Origin: an uncultured Desulfohalobiaceae bacterium
GTDB taxonomy: Bacteria; Desulfobacterota; Desulfovibrionia; Desulfovibrionales; Desulfothermaceae
Length of the DNA stretch: 57,948 bases
Assembly: GCA_964479235.1 (NCBI GenBank)
Contig: CAYZLB010000001.1
Location: 1-57,948, forward strand
Direction: 5' to 3'
Positions 19,485 through 29,506 of this stretch are shown here, one piece after another (position 1 is the first letter of the stretch; each line of letters starts with the position of its first letter). The position numbers were made by a program, and so were the translations under genes. The notes beneath the pieces were generated by a model. It saw only the letters and a list, made by a program, of their open reading frames with translations, did not search any database and had not been told where the DNA came from.

Positions 19485-20369
19485 CTAGCTGATGATCTCC
19501 GTCCCAATCCCAGCCTGGGTAAAAAGCTCTAAGAGCAAAGAGTTCTCCTGACGTCCGTCGATGATATGGGCCTTTTCCACTCCCCCTTCGACGGCATGCA
19601 CACAGCACTTCAATTTAGGGATCATGCCTCCATGTACGGTCCCGTTGCCAATAGCCTCCATGACTTCCCTGCGGGTCAAGGTGGAGAGAATCTCACCGCT
19701 GATAGCCAATACACCAGCCACATCTGTAAGTAATATCAAACGCTTGGCTCCAAGAGCCACGGCCGTTGCGCCAGCGACTGAATCTGCATTGATGTTATAC
19801 GTCTCGCCGTCTTCGTCCACACCCACCGGGGCTATGATGGGGATAAACCGGTCTCGATCCAGGGCCTTGATCACCTCTGTCCGGACCTGCACCACCTCCC
19901 CGACCCGTCCAAGGTCGATGATTTCCGGGGGGGCATCTTGCTTGGAAATAACCATCTCGAATTTCCGGGCCTGGATCAGGCCCCCGTCTTTTCCGGAAAG
20001 ACCAACGGCTGATCCCCCGTTCTGATTGATCAAGTTAACTATATTTTTATTTACTCGCCCGACAAGAACCATTTCCACCACATCCATGGTCGCCTGGTCC
20101 GTTACCCGCAGCCCTTCTTTAAACTCGCTGGTGATCCCCAGTTGGGACAGCATATGTCCGATTTGTGGTCCTCCGCCGTGGACAATAACCGGATTCAGAC
20201 CAATATATTTGAGCAGGACGACATTCATGGCAAATTGACGCTGGAGTTGTTCATCCTGCATGGCATGCCCGCCGTATTTTATAACCAGGGTTTGACCATA
20301 AAATTGTCGAATGTAGGGAAGAGATTCAAGAAGGATTTTGGCTTTGGCTATTTCATTGTCAATTGTCAC
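19485..20369 (-). CDS. argB: Acetylglutamate kinase
   Basis: [36 protein letters not shown]. Confidence 0.96.
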   Translation of the reverse strand: MTIDNEIAKAKILLESLPYIRQFYGQTLVIKYGGHAMQDEQLQRQFAMNVVLLKYIGLNPVIVHGGGPQIGHMLSQLGITSEFKEGLRVTDQATMDVVEMVLVGRVNKNIVNLINQNGGSAVGLSGKDGGLIQARKFEMVISKQDAPPEIIDLGRVGEVVQVRTEVIKALDRDRFIPIIAPVGVDEDGETYNINADSVAGATAVALGAKRLILLTDVAGVLAISGEILSTLTRREVMEAIGNGTVHGGMIPKLKCCVHAVEGGVEKAHIIDGRQENSLLLELFTQAGIGTEIIS

Positions 20370-20387
20370 TTACCACCTCTCAAGGAC

Positions 20388-20425
20388 ATGAAAAAAGGGC
20401 TCCCTATAGGGAGCCCTTTTTTCAT
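20388..20425. terminator. Rho-independent terminator downstream of cooS
   Basis: ATGAAAAAAGGGCTCCC-TATA-GGGAGCCCTTTTTTCAT perfect inverted repeat. Confidence 0.85.
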
Positions 20426-20520
20426 TTTTGGGATTTCAAGACGCAGAGTATTGCTTTCTCCACGGTCACAAAAGCAACTTGTGTTCATTAAGTAATTGTT
20501 CGCCGGCTTCCGGCTAACAA

Positions 20521-22521
20521 TTAGGCGGCAATCTCCCGTCTGGCAGCCATATCGAAGAGCACCCGCTCTCTGGCCTTGTCGATCCCCAGAGCCTTCCGCT
20601 TCTTGTCGATATGAGCGACCATTCTTCCGGCCATTTCATACGGATCTGCCGCAAAGTCCCAGGTGCCCATTCCTTGCTCTTCCAAGCCCTTGAACAGGAG
20701 ATCCTTGAACTTCGTTCCCTCTGTTACCGGGAATGTAGCGCCAAAAATGGTGTATATTCCAGAAGCCACAAAGTATTGACCGATACTGATGGCCTTTTCG
20801 CTCATCCACTCTGGTGCCGCACCGGCTGCTGGCAGATCGGCAATGCTTTCCCCGAGTCCGCCTTCATTAACCACCTCGGCTGTGGCAATCAAGATCCGGC
20901 TGTTGTCAACGCAGGATCCCATTCCAAGGACTGGAGGACAACCGACGGTTTCACACACTTCTTTCAGTCCGTCGCCGGCCAAATGTGCGGCCTCTGGTGT
21001 GAGCAGCCCGGCCTTGGCCAGAGATATCTGTGAACACCCAGTCTGTAGGACCAGAACATCGTTCTTGATAAGTTCTTTGACCAGCTCAACATGTACCCAG
21101 TCATGCTTGACCCGAGGATTACAGCAACCGACCACCCCGGCAACACCCCGGATCCGGCCATTTATTATATTGTCGTTGAGAGGCTTGTAAGAGGCCCGGA
21201 AACTACCGCCCAGCATGTACTGGATATATTCATGAGAAAAGCCGTGGATTCCGGGATTGGAGATATTGGGGATCTCTACTTTGGCAGTCCGATTCTTGAA
21301 CCGAGCAATGGCCTTGACCACCACTTCGTCAGTACACTCTCTGGGCTTGTCCTCCATCAATTGGATGTGCTCCGCACCTTCAATGTGACAACGGGGATTG
21401 GTGGTAAACAAATATGAGTTGTAGCATTTGGCTACAGAAGCCAAGCCCTGTTTAATGCACTGCACATCCACAGCCATGGCGTCTACTGCTCCGGTGACTA
21501 GGACAGCCTCAGTGGACATGAAGTTTCCGGCATGAGGCACCCCATGCCTGGAAAGGACTTCGGCACCTGAGCAGCACATGCCGCACAAATTAATGCCCTT
21601 TGCTCCCGCTTCTTTGGCAGCTTGGACCAAAGCCGGGTCATTGACTGAAGCCAACATAGATTCGAACATATTTGGTTCGTGTCCGTGCACGATGACGTTC
21701 ACGTAATCTTCCTTTAGACACCCCATGTTCACATCAGCCTGGATTGGAGTCGGTGTTCCGAACAGGATGTCCGATATCTCGGTGGCTACCATGGACCCGC
21801 CCCAACCGTCGGACAGGGCCGTGCGGCTGCACTGTTTGGTGATATTTTCATAATGCTGGTCCACGCCCATGTGGGTGCGATGCATGATCTCCATAATTTC
21901 CCGCATAGCTCCCCTGGGCACAATGCTCAGCTTTCGCCAAGTTTCCAGGGTCTTTTCGGGCACCCGGGATACAAATGGAATCTCACCTTCCACCTGGGTA
22001 TAGGTCCGCTCCAGCTCCTGGTACAGATCCTTGGCAATATCCTCCACGGATCTGTCTGCGGTCTCGATACCTACGGACTGGGCCACTTGCTCCAGCTTAA
22101 CCGTATCTTTGATTTTGTAGTCCTTGATTTTGCCGTGAACCACTTCCCGGAACACATCCAGCATGCCCATGCCGTGGTCGGTATGGGCAGCAGCCCCGGA
22201 GGCTACCATTCGGGCAAAGTTACGGGCCTGGATAGTATCAATGGTCGCTCCGCACACCCCGACCTTGCTGTACGGATCCTTGGCATTGAGTCGGCATGGT
22301 CCCATAGAGCAATGCTTACAGCAGGCGGAATCAGCTCCTATCGGACAGGCCTTCATGCTCGCGGCCCGATCAAAGGCAGTCTCCACTCCGTCCCGTTTGG
22401 CCTTTTCCAGCATCTGCTGCGTGGCCTTACAGATGGTCACATCATTCGGATTAATGCCCGAACTCTTTAATTCTGCAGTTTTCTTTTCTTTCTTTTCCAC
22501 CGCAGCTTTCTTCTTTTCCAT
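20521..22521 (-). CDS. cooS: Anaerobic Ni-Fe carbon monoxide dehydrogenase catalytic subunit
   Basis: CPIGADSACCKHCSMGPC...GVCG (D/B clusters), AAHTDHG, HGHEP, GMCC, VQC, VGCCNP, TGC, GSCVD, WMSEKA. Confidence 0.96.
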   Translation of the reverse strand: MEKKKAAVEKKEKKTAELKSSGINPNDVTICKATQQMLEKAKRDGVETAFDRAASMKACPIGADSACCKHCSMGPCRLNAKDPYSKVGVCGATIDTIQARNFARMVASGAAAHTDHGMGMLDVFREVVHGKIKDYKIKDTVKLEQVAQSVGIETADRSVEDIAKDLYQELERTYTQVEGEIPFVSRVPEKTLETWRKLSIVPRGAMREIMEIMHRTHMGVDQHYENITKQCSRTALSDGWGGSMVATEISDILFGTPTPIQADVNMGCLKEDYVNVIVHGHEPNMFESMLASVNDPALVQAAKEAGAKGINLCGMCCSGAEVLSRHGVPHAGNFMSTEAVLVTGAVDAMAVDVQCIKQGLASVAKCYNSYLFTTNPRCHIEGAEHIQLMEDKPRECTDEVVVKAIARFKNRTAKVEIPNISNPGIHGFSHEYIQYMLGGSFRASYKPLNDNIINGRIRGVAGVVGCCNPRVKHDWVHVELVKELIKNDVLVLQTGCSQISLAKAGLLTPEAAHLAGDGLKEVCETVGCPPVLGMGSCVDNSRILIATAEVVNEGGLGESIADLPAAGAAPEWMSEKAISIGQYFVASGIYTIFGATFPVTEGTKFKDLLFKGLEEQGMGTWDFAADPYEMAGRMVAHIDKKRKALGIDKARERVLFDMAARREIAA

Positions 22522-22790
22522 ATGATCCTCCCTGTCATGGACGGTTGAAGACTCTTCAGAAGGAAGGTGACGCCCAACCTGTCTAAAGCAGACCAGCTAA
22601 CTTACTGATATTTCTTAAAATTCGAGTTATTGTACGTTGAATGTTTTTTTTTGTCAAGAACAGAAAAGTAAAACCTTCAAACATGTTATCATCAACAGGT
22701 ATTGCAACACCTGTCATGCAATTTCACGTTGATTTTAGTGCTTACCAACAACCTTTGTCCCCTCGTTCTTCTACCGCATTGTGAGTCCCA

Positions 22791-23783
22791 TCATTCCTCT
22801 TTCAAGCTCCGGGTCATCAGTTCACGCACTGCGTGTCTGGGGTCTCGATTTGCATAGAGCATTCCATGTACTTGTTCTGTGATGGGCAATTCTACGAGCA
22901 TCTTGCGTCCCAATTGGTATACGGCCTTGGTGGTTTTGACCCCTTCGGCCACAGCCCGCATGCTGTGCACTATGGCCTCCAAATCCTCTCCCCGTCCAAT
23001 GCGCAGACCGACTTGCCGGTTTCGGCTCAGATCCCCGGTGCAGGTCAAGACCAAGTCGCCCAGTCCGGATAGTCCCATGAAGGTCTGGGCCTTGGCCCCC
23101 ATAGCTACTCCCAGCCGGGACATTTCGGCCAATCCCCTGGTAATCAGGGCGGCCCGGGCATCGGTCCCAAACTCCAGACCATCGGAAATACCGGTGGCAA
23201 TGGCCATGACATTCTTCAAGGCACCGCCCAGCTCCACGCCCCGGTAATCACGACTCAGATAAACCCGGAAATAATCCGTGGACAAGGCTTCCTGTAATAC
23301 ACCCCCTTGTTCCTTATCCGCACACCCCAAGGTTACGGCTGTCGGCAACCGCTGACTCACTTCCCGCGCAAATGACGGTCCGGACAGGACTGCGTACCTG
23401 GGCTGCAGATCACTCAATTCATCCTTGACCACATCGGACATTGGCTGCAAGGAATCGATCTCGATGCCTTTGCTGCAGCAGACAATCGTTGGGAGCCGGG
23501 GAAGACTTCCCCGCATCTGTCTGAGAATATGGCGCAAAAACTGACAGGGCACAGCCATGAGCACCGACTGTGCTCCGTCCAGGGCCGTGGACAAGTCAGA
23601 GGTGATCTGTAATTCAGAAGGAAGTTTGTTCCCGGGCAAAAACCAGGCATTCTCCGAAGTGTCCCGGATGATGCCGGCAAGTTCCTCTTCCCGGACCCAC
23701 AGAGAGGTTGGCAGGCCCTTATCGGCCAGTAAACCTGCCAACGTGGTGCCCCATGAGCCGGCCCCAATCACAGCTGTGTTCAT
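22791..23783 (-). CDS. gpsA: NAD(P)H-dependent glycerol-3-phosphate dehydrogenase
   Basis: GAGSWGT, SKGIE, LSGPSFA, GGALKN, GLGDLVLTC...SRN. Confidence 0.96.
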   Translation of the reverse strand: MNTAVIGAGSWGTTLAGLLADKGLPTSLWVREEELAGIIRDTSENAWFLPGNKLPSELQITSDLSTALDGAQSVLMAVPCQFLRHILRQMRGSLPRLPTIVCCSKGIEIDSLQPMSDVVKDELSDLQPRYAVLSGPSFAREVSQRLPTAVTLGCADKEQGGVLQEALSTDYFRVYLSRDYRGVELGGALKNVMAIATGISDGLEFGTDARAALITRGLAEMSRLGVAMGAKAQTFMGLSGLGDLVLTCTGDLSRNRQVGLRIGRGEDLEAIVHSMRAVAEGVKTTKAVYQLGRKMLVELPITEQVHGMLYANRDPRHAVRELMTRSLKEE

Positions 23784-24227
23784 GAATAATCCTTATGCAC
23801 TATAAAAAAAACAGTAAAATTTACGCCAAGTGAGGGCCCCATGTCCTGGTTGCATCCCTCTCTAGTGCCCTGTCATCAATCATTGGTCGCAATGCAAGAA
23901 ACACCCTCACCCCCCTCAAGGGGGATGAAGAAGAGGGAGCAACAGATGAAGGTTTATTTATCACTAGGGTACGCTGTGTCCCCTCACTATCTGTCTTCAG
24001 ATACCGGGAAGTTCAGGCCAGGTCAAGAAGACCTTTCTCTTGCCTTGCATAGGACCGCAGAAAAAGGTAAAAATCAGATTCTCACCCAGCAAGGCCCAAA
24101 AGAGGAGCGTCCCACGTGAACCTGTTTCCTCCATCTTTACAGGCCATATGTTGAACAGAATGTACCCGGGTGGACCGTGAGCCTGGTACTTTGAACCATA
24201 TAAATTTCAAAGAGACAGCGAAGTTAT

Positions 24228-24716
24228 ATGCATACAGGGTCTCAGCCAGCATTTGATGCGGTAGAGCAAGGCATTCTCCGTTCAGTACAGGGCACACTGC
24301 CGGATACTCCCACGCCCTTTGCCCAAATTGCCCAGGATTTAGGCATATCGGAAGACAAGGTCTTGGCCTTATTGCAAGACTTGAAAATTCAGGGAATTAT
24401 TCGTCGTTTCGGGGCCACACTCCGGCATCAAGAAGCGGGCTATGACTGCAATGTCATGGTCGCCTGGAAAGTCCCTGAGACCAGAAGCATAGATGATGTC
24501 AGCCGAATAATGTGCGCCCGTTCGGAAATTACGCACTGCTATCAACGAAAGAGATGTCCTGAATGGCCCTTTGACCTGTATACCATGGTCCACGGCCGCA
24601 ATGAGGCTGATTGCAGACAGGTTGTCCAGCTGCTCCGGCAGGAAACCGGACTCGAGCACTGTGAGCTGCTTTTCAGCCGTGAGGAACTGAAAAAAACATC
24701 GATGCAGTATTTTTAA
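24228..24716 (+). CDS. ahbB: Siroheme decarboxylase subunit (Lrp/AsnC-like, NirD/L/G/H family)
   Basis: GIIRRFGATLRHQEAG, THCYQR, YTMVHG, ELKKTSMQYF; adjacent to hemL. Confidence 0.85.
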   Translation: MHTGSQPAFDAVEQGILRSVQGTLPDTPTPFAQIAQDLGISEDKVLALLQDLKIQGIIRRFGATLRHQEAGYDCNVMVAWKVPETRSIDDVSRIMCARSEITHCYQRKRCPEWPFDLYTMVHGRNEADCRQVVQLLRQETGLEHCELLFSREELKKTSMQYF

Positions 24717-24731
24717 AGGAGTTAGTCACGC

Positions 24732-26024
24732 ATGAAAACATCAACAGAACTTTTTACCAGAGCCCAGCAACTCATCCCCGGTGGCGTCAACAGCCCGGTC
24801 CGGGCCTGTCACAGCGTCCAAACCGATCCTTTGTTCATCCGTCAAGGCCAAGGCAGCCATATTTTTTCCGAAGACGGACAGGAATTTATTGATTATGTCA
24901 TGTCCTGGGGTCCACTCCTGCTGGGCCACTGCCGGCCTGAAGTGGTCAAAGCCGCTCAGGAGGCCGTCGATTTGGGATCCAGCTTCGGAGCTCCGTCCAG
25001 ACACGAGATATCCCTGGCCGAATTGGTCGTTGACGCCCTTCCCGGGGTAGACATGGTTCGGATGGTCAACTCCGGCACCGAAGCAACCATGTCTTCTTTG
25101 CGCCTGGCCCGAGCAGCAACCGGCAGAAGGAAGATCATAAAATTTGTGGGCTGCTACCATGGTCATGTGGACAGTTTGCTGGCTCAGGCCGGTTCCGGAT
25201 TGGCCACATTCTCCCTGCCCGGTACCCCGGGAGTTCCGGAACATACGGTTCAGGACACCCTGCTTGCACCCTACAACGATCTCCAGGCTGTACAAGAGCT
25301 CTTCTCCCAACATGGATCGGAAATAGCAGCCGTTATTGTAGAACCGGTTGCCGGCAACATGGGACTTGTTCCCCCAAGTGACGATTTTCTGCCCGCCCTG
25401 CGCCGGATGACAAAGGACCATGGCAGTTTGCTCATTTTCGATGAAGTCATCACCGGCTTCCGTATGGATTACGGAGGGGCACAGAAACTGTTTGGAGTAA
25501 CGCCGGATTTGACCTGCCTGGGAAAAATTATTGGTGGCGGATTTCCGGTTGGGGCATTTGGAGGCAAACAAAACATCATGGAACAGTTGGCCCCTTGCGG
25601 GCAAACCTATCAGGCCGGCACTCTGGCTGGCAATCCTGTAGCTATGGCTGCCGGAACAGCCACCTTATCCCTGCTTAAACAGAGCGACTACAATGCCCTG
25701 GCCGCCAAAACGCAAAAACTGGCTTCTGAACTTGCCGACATCCTGATCAAAAAAGGGGTTCCTGTTTCAGTAAACTGTCTGGGCTCGGCATTTACCCTCT
25801 TTTTTACCCAGAGCCAGGTCACGGATTTTGAAACGGCGAAAACCGCCAATCCTGATCTTTTTGCTCATTTTTATCGCCACATGCGTTCTCACGGTATCTA
25901 CATCGCCCCCTCGGGGTTTGAATGTACCTTCACCTCCTTTGCGCACACCGACCAGGATTATGAGCAGACCCTGGAAGCGGCCGAAAAAATCAGCTTTCAC
26001 AACCGGGAAGGTACCCGCAGTTGA
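24732..26024 (+). CDS. hemL: Glutamate-1-semialdehyde 2,1-aminomutase
   Basis: [46 protein letters not shown]. Confidence 0.97.
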   Translation: MKTSTELFTRAQQLIPGGVNSPVRACHSVQTDPLFIRQGQGSHIFSEDGQEFIDYVMSWGPLLLGHCRPEVVKAAQEAVDLGSSFGAPSRHEISLAELVVDALPGVDMVRMVNSGTEATMSSLRLARAATGRRKIIKFVGCYHGHVDSLLAQAGSGLATFSLPGTPGVPEHTVQDTLLAPYNDLQAVQELFSQHGSEIAAVIVEPVAGNMGLVPPSDDFLPALRRMTKDHGSLLIFDEVITGFRMDYGGAQKLFGVTPDLTCLGKIIGGGFPVGAFGGKQNIMEQLAPCGQTYQAGTLAGNPVAMAAGTATLSLLKQSDYNALAAKTQKLASELADILIKKGVPVSVNCLGSAFTLFFTQSQVTDFETAKTANPDLFAHFYRHMRSHGIYIAPSGFECTFTSFAHTDQDYEQTLEAAEKISFHNREGTRS

Positions 26025-26096
26025 ATGGGATGCCACCTCGATAAAAACAGGTCCGAACAAACTTGCGGTCCCTTTGCCAACTGCGCGGATTGCCAC
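25995..26096 (+). pseudogene. C-terminal remnant of a class III cytochrome c (cytochrome c3), in frame with hemL
   Basis: Reads [13 protein letters not shown]...TCGPFANCADCH: one [TGA]xxCH and one intact CxxCH with c3-like spacing and a preceding distal His. Confidence 0.6.
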
Positions 26097-26126
26097 GCTA
26101 CTCATGAAAAGGGAGACAAACCAGCT

Positions 26127-26846
26127 ATGAGAAAACGTTCCGAACGAAAGGACCCTCAAGACCAGGAAATCATCGATCTGACTGAAGTGGTTGAAGAGCC
26201 GTCAGAATCATTTCAGATGAACGGAGCACAACGCAGCAGCACTAATGATTTTGAAGACATAGAGGACCTTTTTGAGGAATTAGATCTTGAATTTCCAGCC
26301 CGAAATGATTCTACTTCCGCACCGTTCATCAACGATCGGTCAGGTTCAATAAAAGGTGGACAGCAAAATACAGATCGATCAACAACCAAAGATACAGCAT
26401 CCGACCTGATCCAGACCATGGAGGCTAGGATACAGGCCCTGGAAGAAAAAATAGTTTCAACAAATCATGAATCATGGAAGGATGTTGAAAACCGGATCAT
26501 GGCCCGCCTGGACACCATGGTCCAGGAACGTATACATGAAGCCAAGCTGACCATCCAGGAGGAGATTGAAACCGGTCTTCGGCCCCATCAGGAGGGGCAA
26601 CCAAGCAGCAGCATACGGGAGCTGGCCCAAAAAATTGAAGACATAAAACACTATGCAGTTGGCCCGGAAACACTCAGTGCCCTGAAAAACGAGCTGTGGA
26701 CCGAATTGAGCCAACGGATTGATGAAACCGTGCCCCAAGCAGCAGCAAAAGTTGTCAGAGAAGAGATTCAGGCCCTGCTGGACGAGGAGGCCGGGGATGG
26801 TTTCAATGCCTCTGAAGAAAAGGATAACATGACAGCCAACGACTGA
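26127..26846 (+). CDS. Hypothetical acidic coiled-coil protein
   Basis: EIIDLTEVVEE N-terminus and VPQAAAKVVREEIQAL C-terminus; GGGAGA RBS before ATG 26127. Confidence 0.75.
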   Translation: MRKRSERKDPQDQEIIDLTEVVEEPSESFQMNGAQRSSTNDFEDIEDLFEELDLEFPARNDSTSAPFINDRSGSIKGGQQNTDRSTTKDTASDLIQTMEARIQALEEKIVSTNHESWKDVENRIMARLDTMVQERIHEAKLTIQEEIETGLRPHQEGQPSSSIRELAQKIEDIKHYAVGPETLSALKNELWTELSQRIDETVPQAAAKVVREEIQALLDEEAGDGFNASEEKDNMTAND

Positions 26847-27061
26847 GCCAAGATGTCGCCGGAGTGTGATACATGGAAGAGCAAAAAAAGGGGGGGTGCT
26901 TTCAGGTTTCTCCCCATTCCCGTCCGGAGCCTTTTCTCATGGTGGGTCAAGGACATTTCCCCTCCGGACGGGTTTTTTTCTTTTTTTTGTCCCCAAGCGG
27001 ACAAAAAAGCTAGCTGGTTTTATCGATGATCGAGAACCATGGAGGGGTGAGGTAGTAAACC

Positions 27062-27250
27062 ATGGACAGCAAGCTGGACAAGCAAGCCCTGCAGGTGACT
27101 AAGGAAATCATTGTCAAGTTCATTGAAGTAGGGCGGATCTCGCCCAACAACTTCGACCAGTTTTTTGCCCCCATTTATCAGGAAGTACAGCGCACCATCA
27201 CCTCTTCCTCAGCCTATCAAACAGATGATGAAAAACCAGCAGACTCTTGA
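27062..27250 (+). CDS. Small conserved hypothetical protein
   Basis: ALQVTKEIIVKFIEVGRISP; GAGG RBS; operonic with the downstream methyltransferase. Confidence 0.75.
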   Translation: MDSKLDKQALQVTKEIIVKFIEVGRISPNNFDQFFAPIYQEVQRTITSSSAYQTDDEKPADS

Positions 27251-27947
27251 TCCCTCCCTCCAATCGCAGAAATCCAGGGCAGTAGGAGACATGTTCGGGC
27301 GCATTGCCCCGGCCTACGACCTGTTGAACAGGACCTTGAGTATGGGTCTGGATATTTCCTGGCGCAAGGCTTTGGTGCAGGCGGCGGCTCCGCCTGCTGG
27401 AGGGGTGGTTCTGGACCTGGCTGCCGGAACCCTGGACGTGGCCGCCATGCTGCAAGCCGACACCCCACGCCTGAGCGTGTATGCTGCAGATATCTCCTTG
27501 CCCATGCTCCGGAAGGGCCGGCCGAAGATTAAGAACAAACCCATCATGCCCCTGGGTGCCGACGGTCGCAACCTGCCCCTGCCGGACAGCAGTGTGGACT
27601 GTGTCACCATCGCTTTTGGATTGCGCAACATTCGGCCCAGGGAAAAGGCTTACTCTGAAATACAGCGGGTGCTCACCCCCCAGGGCAAGCTGTGTATCCT
27701 GGAGTTCGGATCCGGTGGGCAACGTATTCTGGGCGGAGTGTATAACCTGTATTTAACCCGCATCCTCCCGGCCTTGGGGCGAATCATCTCCCGGGACAAG
27801 CAGGCCTACCGCTACCTGGCCCAGACTATTTGCCAGTTTCCCTCTGCTCCGGACCTGGAGTCGGAAATGCGCGCCGCCGGATTTTTCCAGGTGACCGGAC
27901 TCCCCCTAACCGCTGGCATTGTCTGGCTGCACACAGCCTGTATGTGA
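27225..27947 (+). CDS. ubiE: UbiE/MenG family quinone C-methyltransferase
   Basis: MFGRIAPAYDLLN, LDLAAGTLD, TIAFGLRN, AYRYLAQTI. Confidence 0.9.
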   Translation: MMKNQQTLDPSLQSQKSRAVGDMFGRIAPAYDLLNRTLSMGLDISWRKALVQAAAPPAGGVVLDLAAGTLDVAAMLQADTPRLSVYAADISLPMLRKGRPKIKNKPIMPLGADGRNLPLPDSSVDCVTIAFGLRNIRPREKAYSEIQRVLTPQGKLCILEFGSGGQRILGGVYNLYLTRILPALGRIISRDKQAYRYLAQTICQFPSAPDLESEMRAAGFFQVTGLPLTAGIVWLHTACM

Positions 27948-28145
27948 TCTTTTCAAAAAATTTCCTTGCAGAAAGGAAAATGCTATGAAATACTTTCCTT
28001 ATGAAATGGGCAGAAATTTCATGGGGCAGGCAGGATTTACTGGATCTCCTGGATTATTTTCTGCCCGCATGCCGGAAGCCTGCGGGCAGGGAACCAATCA
28101 ATACATTAATAAACTTAATTATCGACGTACAGACTTCGTCACTTT

Positions 28146-28352
28146 TTATCCCAGATACCGGCCCAGATAGACCAGGGCCAGACCAGCCAGCAGGGCGATG
28201 ATCCCCATCAAGCGAAGGGCGTACGGCGGTTGCTCCAATAAGGAGCGCAAGACCGAGGGCATGCGCTCAGCAAACAGGAAATAGGGCAGGCCCTCCAGGA
28301 TGAAGGCCAGCCCCAAGGCAGTGAATAAGAAAGGGAAATCAATAGACATCAC
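28146..28352 (-). CDS. DUF2065-family small membrane protein
   Basis: ALGLAFILEGLPYFLFAE...LRLMG, two transmembrane helices. Confidence 0.8.
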   Translation of the reverse strand: MMSIDFPFLFTALGLAFILEGLPYFLFAERMPSVLRSLLEQPPYALRLMGIIALLAGLALVYLGRYLG

Positions 28353-28431
28353 GAAAGCTCACAGCATTACAATTCATTGGCAACAGCTCTAAAAAACATG
28401 TCGGATTTGCCGGAGGCAAAGCTGACCAGTA

Positions 28432-29484
28432 TCACCTGGAAATCATGGACCAGACCTGGACCCCCACCCAGTCCAAAACAAGGGCCGGAGTGACTTGCAG
28501 ATTCAAGGCCTGCTGTGCTTTTTGCAGGACGAGATCGAGCCTGGACAAAGCATCTGCATTCAGATTTTGAGCCAGAAATCCGGCCATCCCCCCATCGCTG
28601 CTTTCGGGCAGCACAGAGTCAGCCCCAACCGACTGACCTTTCATCTTTTTTGCTTCTGCCTTCTGATCTCCGCCCTCTGCTCCCTGATCTCTGATCTCTG
28701 ACCTCTGATCTCTGTCTTCTGATCTCTGTCTTCTGATCTCTTTCTCCTGGCCTCTGTCTTCAACCGACTCTCCCTGCATGGCAGCCAGCAAACTGTGTTG
28801 ACAGGCAATGAGCACTTCCTGGACCAGGTTCCGGGACACCTCACCCTTTTTGGCCGTCATTTCAAACAATCCCTGACTCGAACTCCAGAATCGGAGCAAA
28901 CGCTCCTGCCATTGTTGGACATGTGCTTGCGTCTTTGTCCCAGAGGTGGTCCAACGCAAAGTCAAAACCATGCTCCGGGAAACCAAGGTTGGTAAAAGCC
29001 ACGTCCGCAAAGGGGCCAGGAGGACGAAGGCATTGCCCGGCATAGGCTCCTCCATTGCCTTGAGCATGCTGTTGGCTGCCGAAGGCGTCAATTCCTGAGC
29101 CTGGTGAATAACGATGACCCGCGTGGATCCATGGTCCGGCCGCTGGCCCATACCCGCTCTGACCGCACGGAGCTGATCGATTTTGACCGATTCCTCCATT
29201 CCGGAAAAGAGATACAGATCCCGGAAAGACTGTCCTTGTATCTGACGGCAGGTCAGACATTCCATGCAAGGGGGATCATGGCGGGGACAATTGAGCAGGG
29301 CGGTCCAATACAGGGCCAAAGTGAGACGGTCTTCGGGCTGCGCTCCCTCCAGTAAAAGAACGTGCGGAGGATGCTGAGCCAGGCGATGCAAAAGGGAAAC
29401 AACACGTTCCTGCCCTTCTGGGCGGGTCAGAAGGGCAGGCAGCTCTTCGCAGATGACTTCGGTTTGGGCAGCAGGCCTGGGCAT
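28432..29484 (-). CDS. holB: DNA polymerase III subunit delta' with an in-frame repeat insertion
   Basis: Zn motif C...PCMECLTC, VKIDQLR, AANSMLKAMEEP, LLPTLVSRS. Confidence 0.85.
   Translation of the reverse strand: MPRPAAQTEVICEELPALLTRPEGQERVVSLLHRLAQHPPHVLLLEGAQPEDRLTLALYWTALLNCPRHDPPCMECLTCRQIQGQSFRDLYLFSGMEESVKIDQLRAVRAGMGQRPDHGSTRVIVIHQAQELTPSAANSMLKAMEEPMPGNAFVLLAPLRTWLLPTLVSRSMVLTLRWTTSGTKTQAHVQQWQERLLRFWSSSQGLFEMTAKKGEVSRNLVQEVLIACQHSLLAAMQGESVEDRGQEKEIRRQRSEDRDQRSEIRDQGAEGGDQKAEAKKMKGQSVGADSVLPESSDGGMAGFLAQNLNADALSRLDLVLQKAQQALNLQVTPALVLDWVGVQVWSMISR
28652..28756. repeat. Tandem array of 15 degenerate heptamers (consensus ATCTCTG/TCTTCTG) inside holB
   Basis: Units counted directly from gcttctg (28652) to gcctctg (28756), 105 bp; flanked by direct repeat CAACCGACT at 28626 and 28761. 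Confidence 0.9.
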
Positions 29485-29506
29485 TGTGTATTATTCTCCT
29501 TTCGCT

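Noticed and set aside
22710..22730. CooA/CRP or Rex site upstream of cooS (TGTCATGCAATTTCACG)
   Set aside because: Half-site spacing is one base off for both consensus sites.
26025..26846. 273-aa ORF as a genuine c-type cytochrome (contains CADCH)
   Set aside because: No signal peptide and no RBS at 26025; a better start is at 26127. The motif is better explained as a cytochrome c3 remnant.
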